Positions 62,903-64,000 of a stretch of DNA of 64,000 bases are shown here, one piece after another. Position 1 is the first letter of the stretch; every line of letters starts with the position of its first letter. Source of the stretch: the human T2T-CHM13v2.0 reference genome, Homo sapiens. A program made the translations under genes and the position numbers. The notes under the pieces are model-generated. The model saw only the letters and a list, made by a program, of their open reading frames with translations. It was not told where the DNA came from and did no database searches. The DNA lies in assembly GCF_009914755.1 (NCBI RefSeq), contig NC_060927.1; one strand, 5' to 3'.

Positions 62903-63254
62903 ATGACTTGATGATCTTTAAGACCATTCAATTCTTAATTCTAGCAAAAGACAGAAAGGAGACGATGTAGGAAGGGCTGGAGGGAGGGAGGCAAATTCTC
63001 ATTTGGATATAAATGGAGATGGGGAGGCCCTATAAGGGATACTTTCGTTTTTCACTAGTGGTGTCTTAGAGAGTTGTTTCATGCATAATTTATTGGATGA
63101 GTATCATTTGTTCCCTAAAGGATGCTAGGTTATATTTTTGAATTTTGTCAACAAAGCAATTTTTATGAAGCTGAAGATCATATTTTTCACATTTACTTTG
63201 ACATATCCGTGACTCAGATTGCGGAAACAGGCCTGAACCCCCAGTGCTTAGCTC

Positions 63255-63680
63255 AGTAACAGTGGTGATAATTTTGGGTGCCTGATACTGTTCCAAGCAC
63301 TTTCCATGCCTCAGCCTCACAGCAAACCCGGAGTAGGTTCTATTATTAGCTCCATTTTGCATCAGAGGAGAAAACTGCCCCAGGTCAAATAGCTGGTGTG
63401 TGGGGTGGAGCTGGGTTTGAGCCCAGGCCATGTGGCTGCTGCAGAGGCCCGGGCTCTAACCAGGAAACAGTAGGTGCTGGGTAGCTCTTTATCCAAATGT
63501 GGAGGGAAGGGGGTTTTCCGAGGGCCATGGATTTGTACAGGCTGCCCTTTGTGCTACACGAAGTCCTTTAATCAATTTACTCTTCTCAGAACCCCTGCGA
63601 GGTAGGTGTCACCACTCCCATGTCACGCAGCACACAGCTGCTCAGTAAATAGTGGGGCTGGAGTTCGGAAGTCCACGGTC
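63255..63680 (-). mobile_element. MIR fragments (two)
   Basis: gtaggttctattattagctccattttgcatcagaggagaaaactg; gagctgggtttgagcccagg. Confidence 0.7.
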
Positions 63681-64000
63681 ATCCCTCAGCATCAGGGGCC
63701 CTTGGATCAGGGCAAGGGGCACAAGAGGCTCACAAGCACGAGAGACTGAAGGAAAGCAAGAACTGCCTTTCCTAAAACTGATCTAAGACAGCGCCTGCTG
63801 ACAGGAGGTCACGGCTGTGTTCCGCTTCCCGCTTCCCCTTTCACCTGCTCCCTGTTCCCACTTCACAAGCAACAGATGCATCTCTCACACCTAGCAGCAC
63901 TGCTGCGGAGGTCCTGGATGTAAAAAATAAAAATAAAAAAACTAATAGTAAAATTAAAACCTCCTCACTGCCAGAAAAAAGTGAGAGAAGACAATTAAGA

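Overview
Human/primate genomic DNA (AT-rich, dense in Alu and L1). The + strand carries the last six coding exons and 3' UTR of SLC49A4 (DIRC2), a lysosomal MFS transporter. They splice with canonical GT-AG ends into a 244-aa C-terminal half (EFGVVCLIF...[12 protein letters not shown]). The rest is intron and downstream sequence full of transposon fossils: a three-tier nest (Charlie hAT > L1PB > twin-primed L1PA), about 25 Alus, a full-length piggyBac MER75, MaLR LTRs, Charlie4a, MIR and L2. Nearly all long ORFs in the track derive from L1 or Alu. I found no convincing new multi-gene system. Best leads: (1) a strong distal 3' end about 13 kb past the stop, suggesting the downstream lncRNA is an extended SLC49A4 3' UTR; (2) a long L1 inverted repeat created by the nested inversion; (3) an Alu with a perfect 134-bp internal duplication; (4) a MER75 retaining a PGBD4-like micro-ORF; (5) a CpG-rich NF-kB/YY1 motif cluster near 61.5-61.8 kb. 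Repeat subfamily names are from memory of consensus sequences, and repeat boundaries are approximate unless a TSD is quoted.
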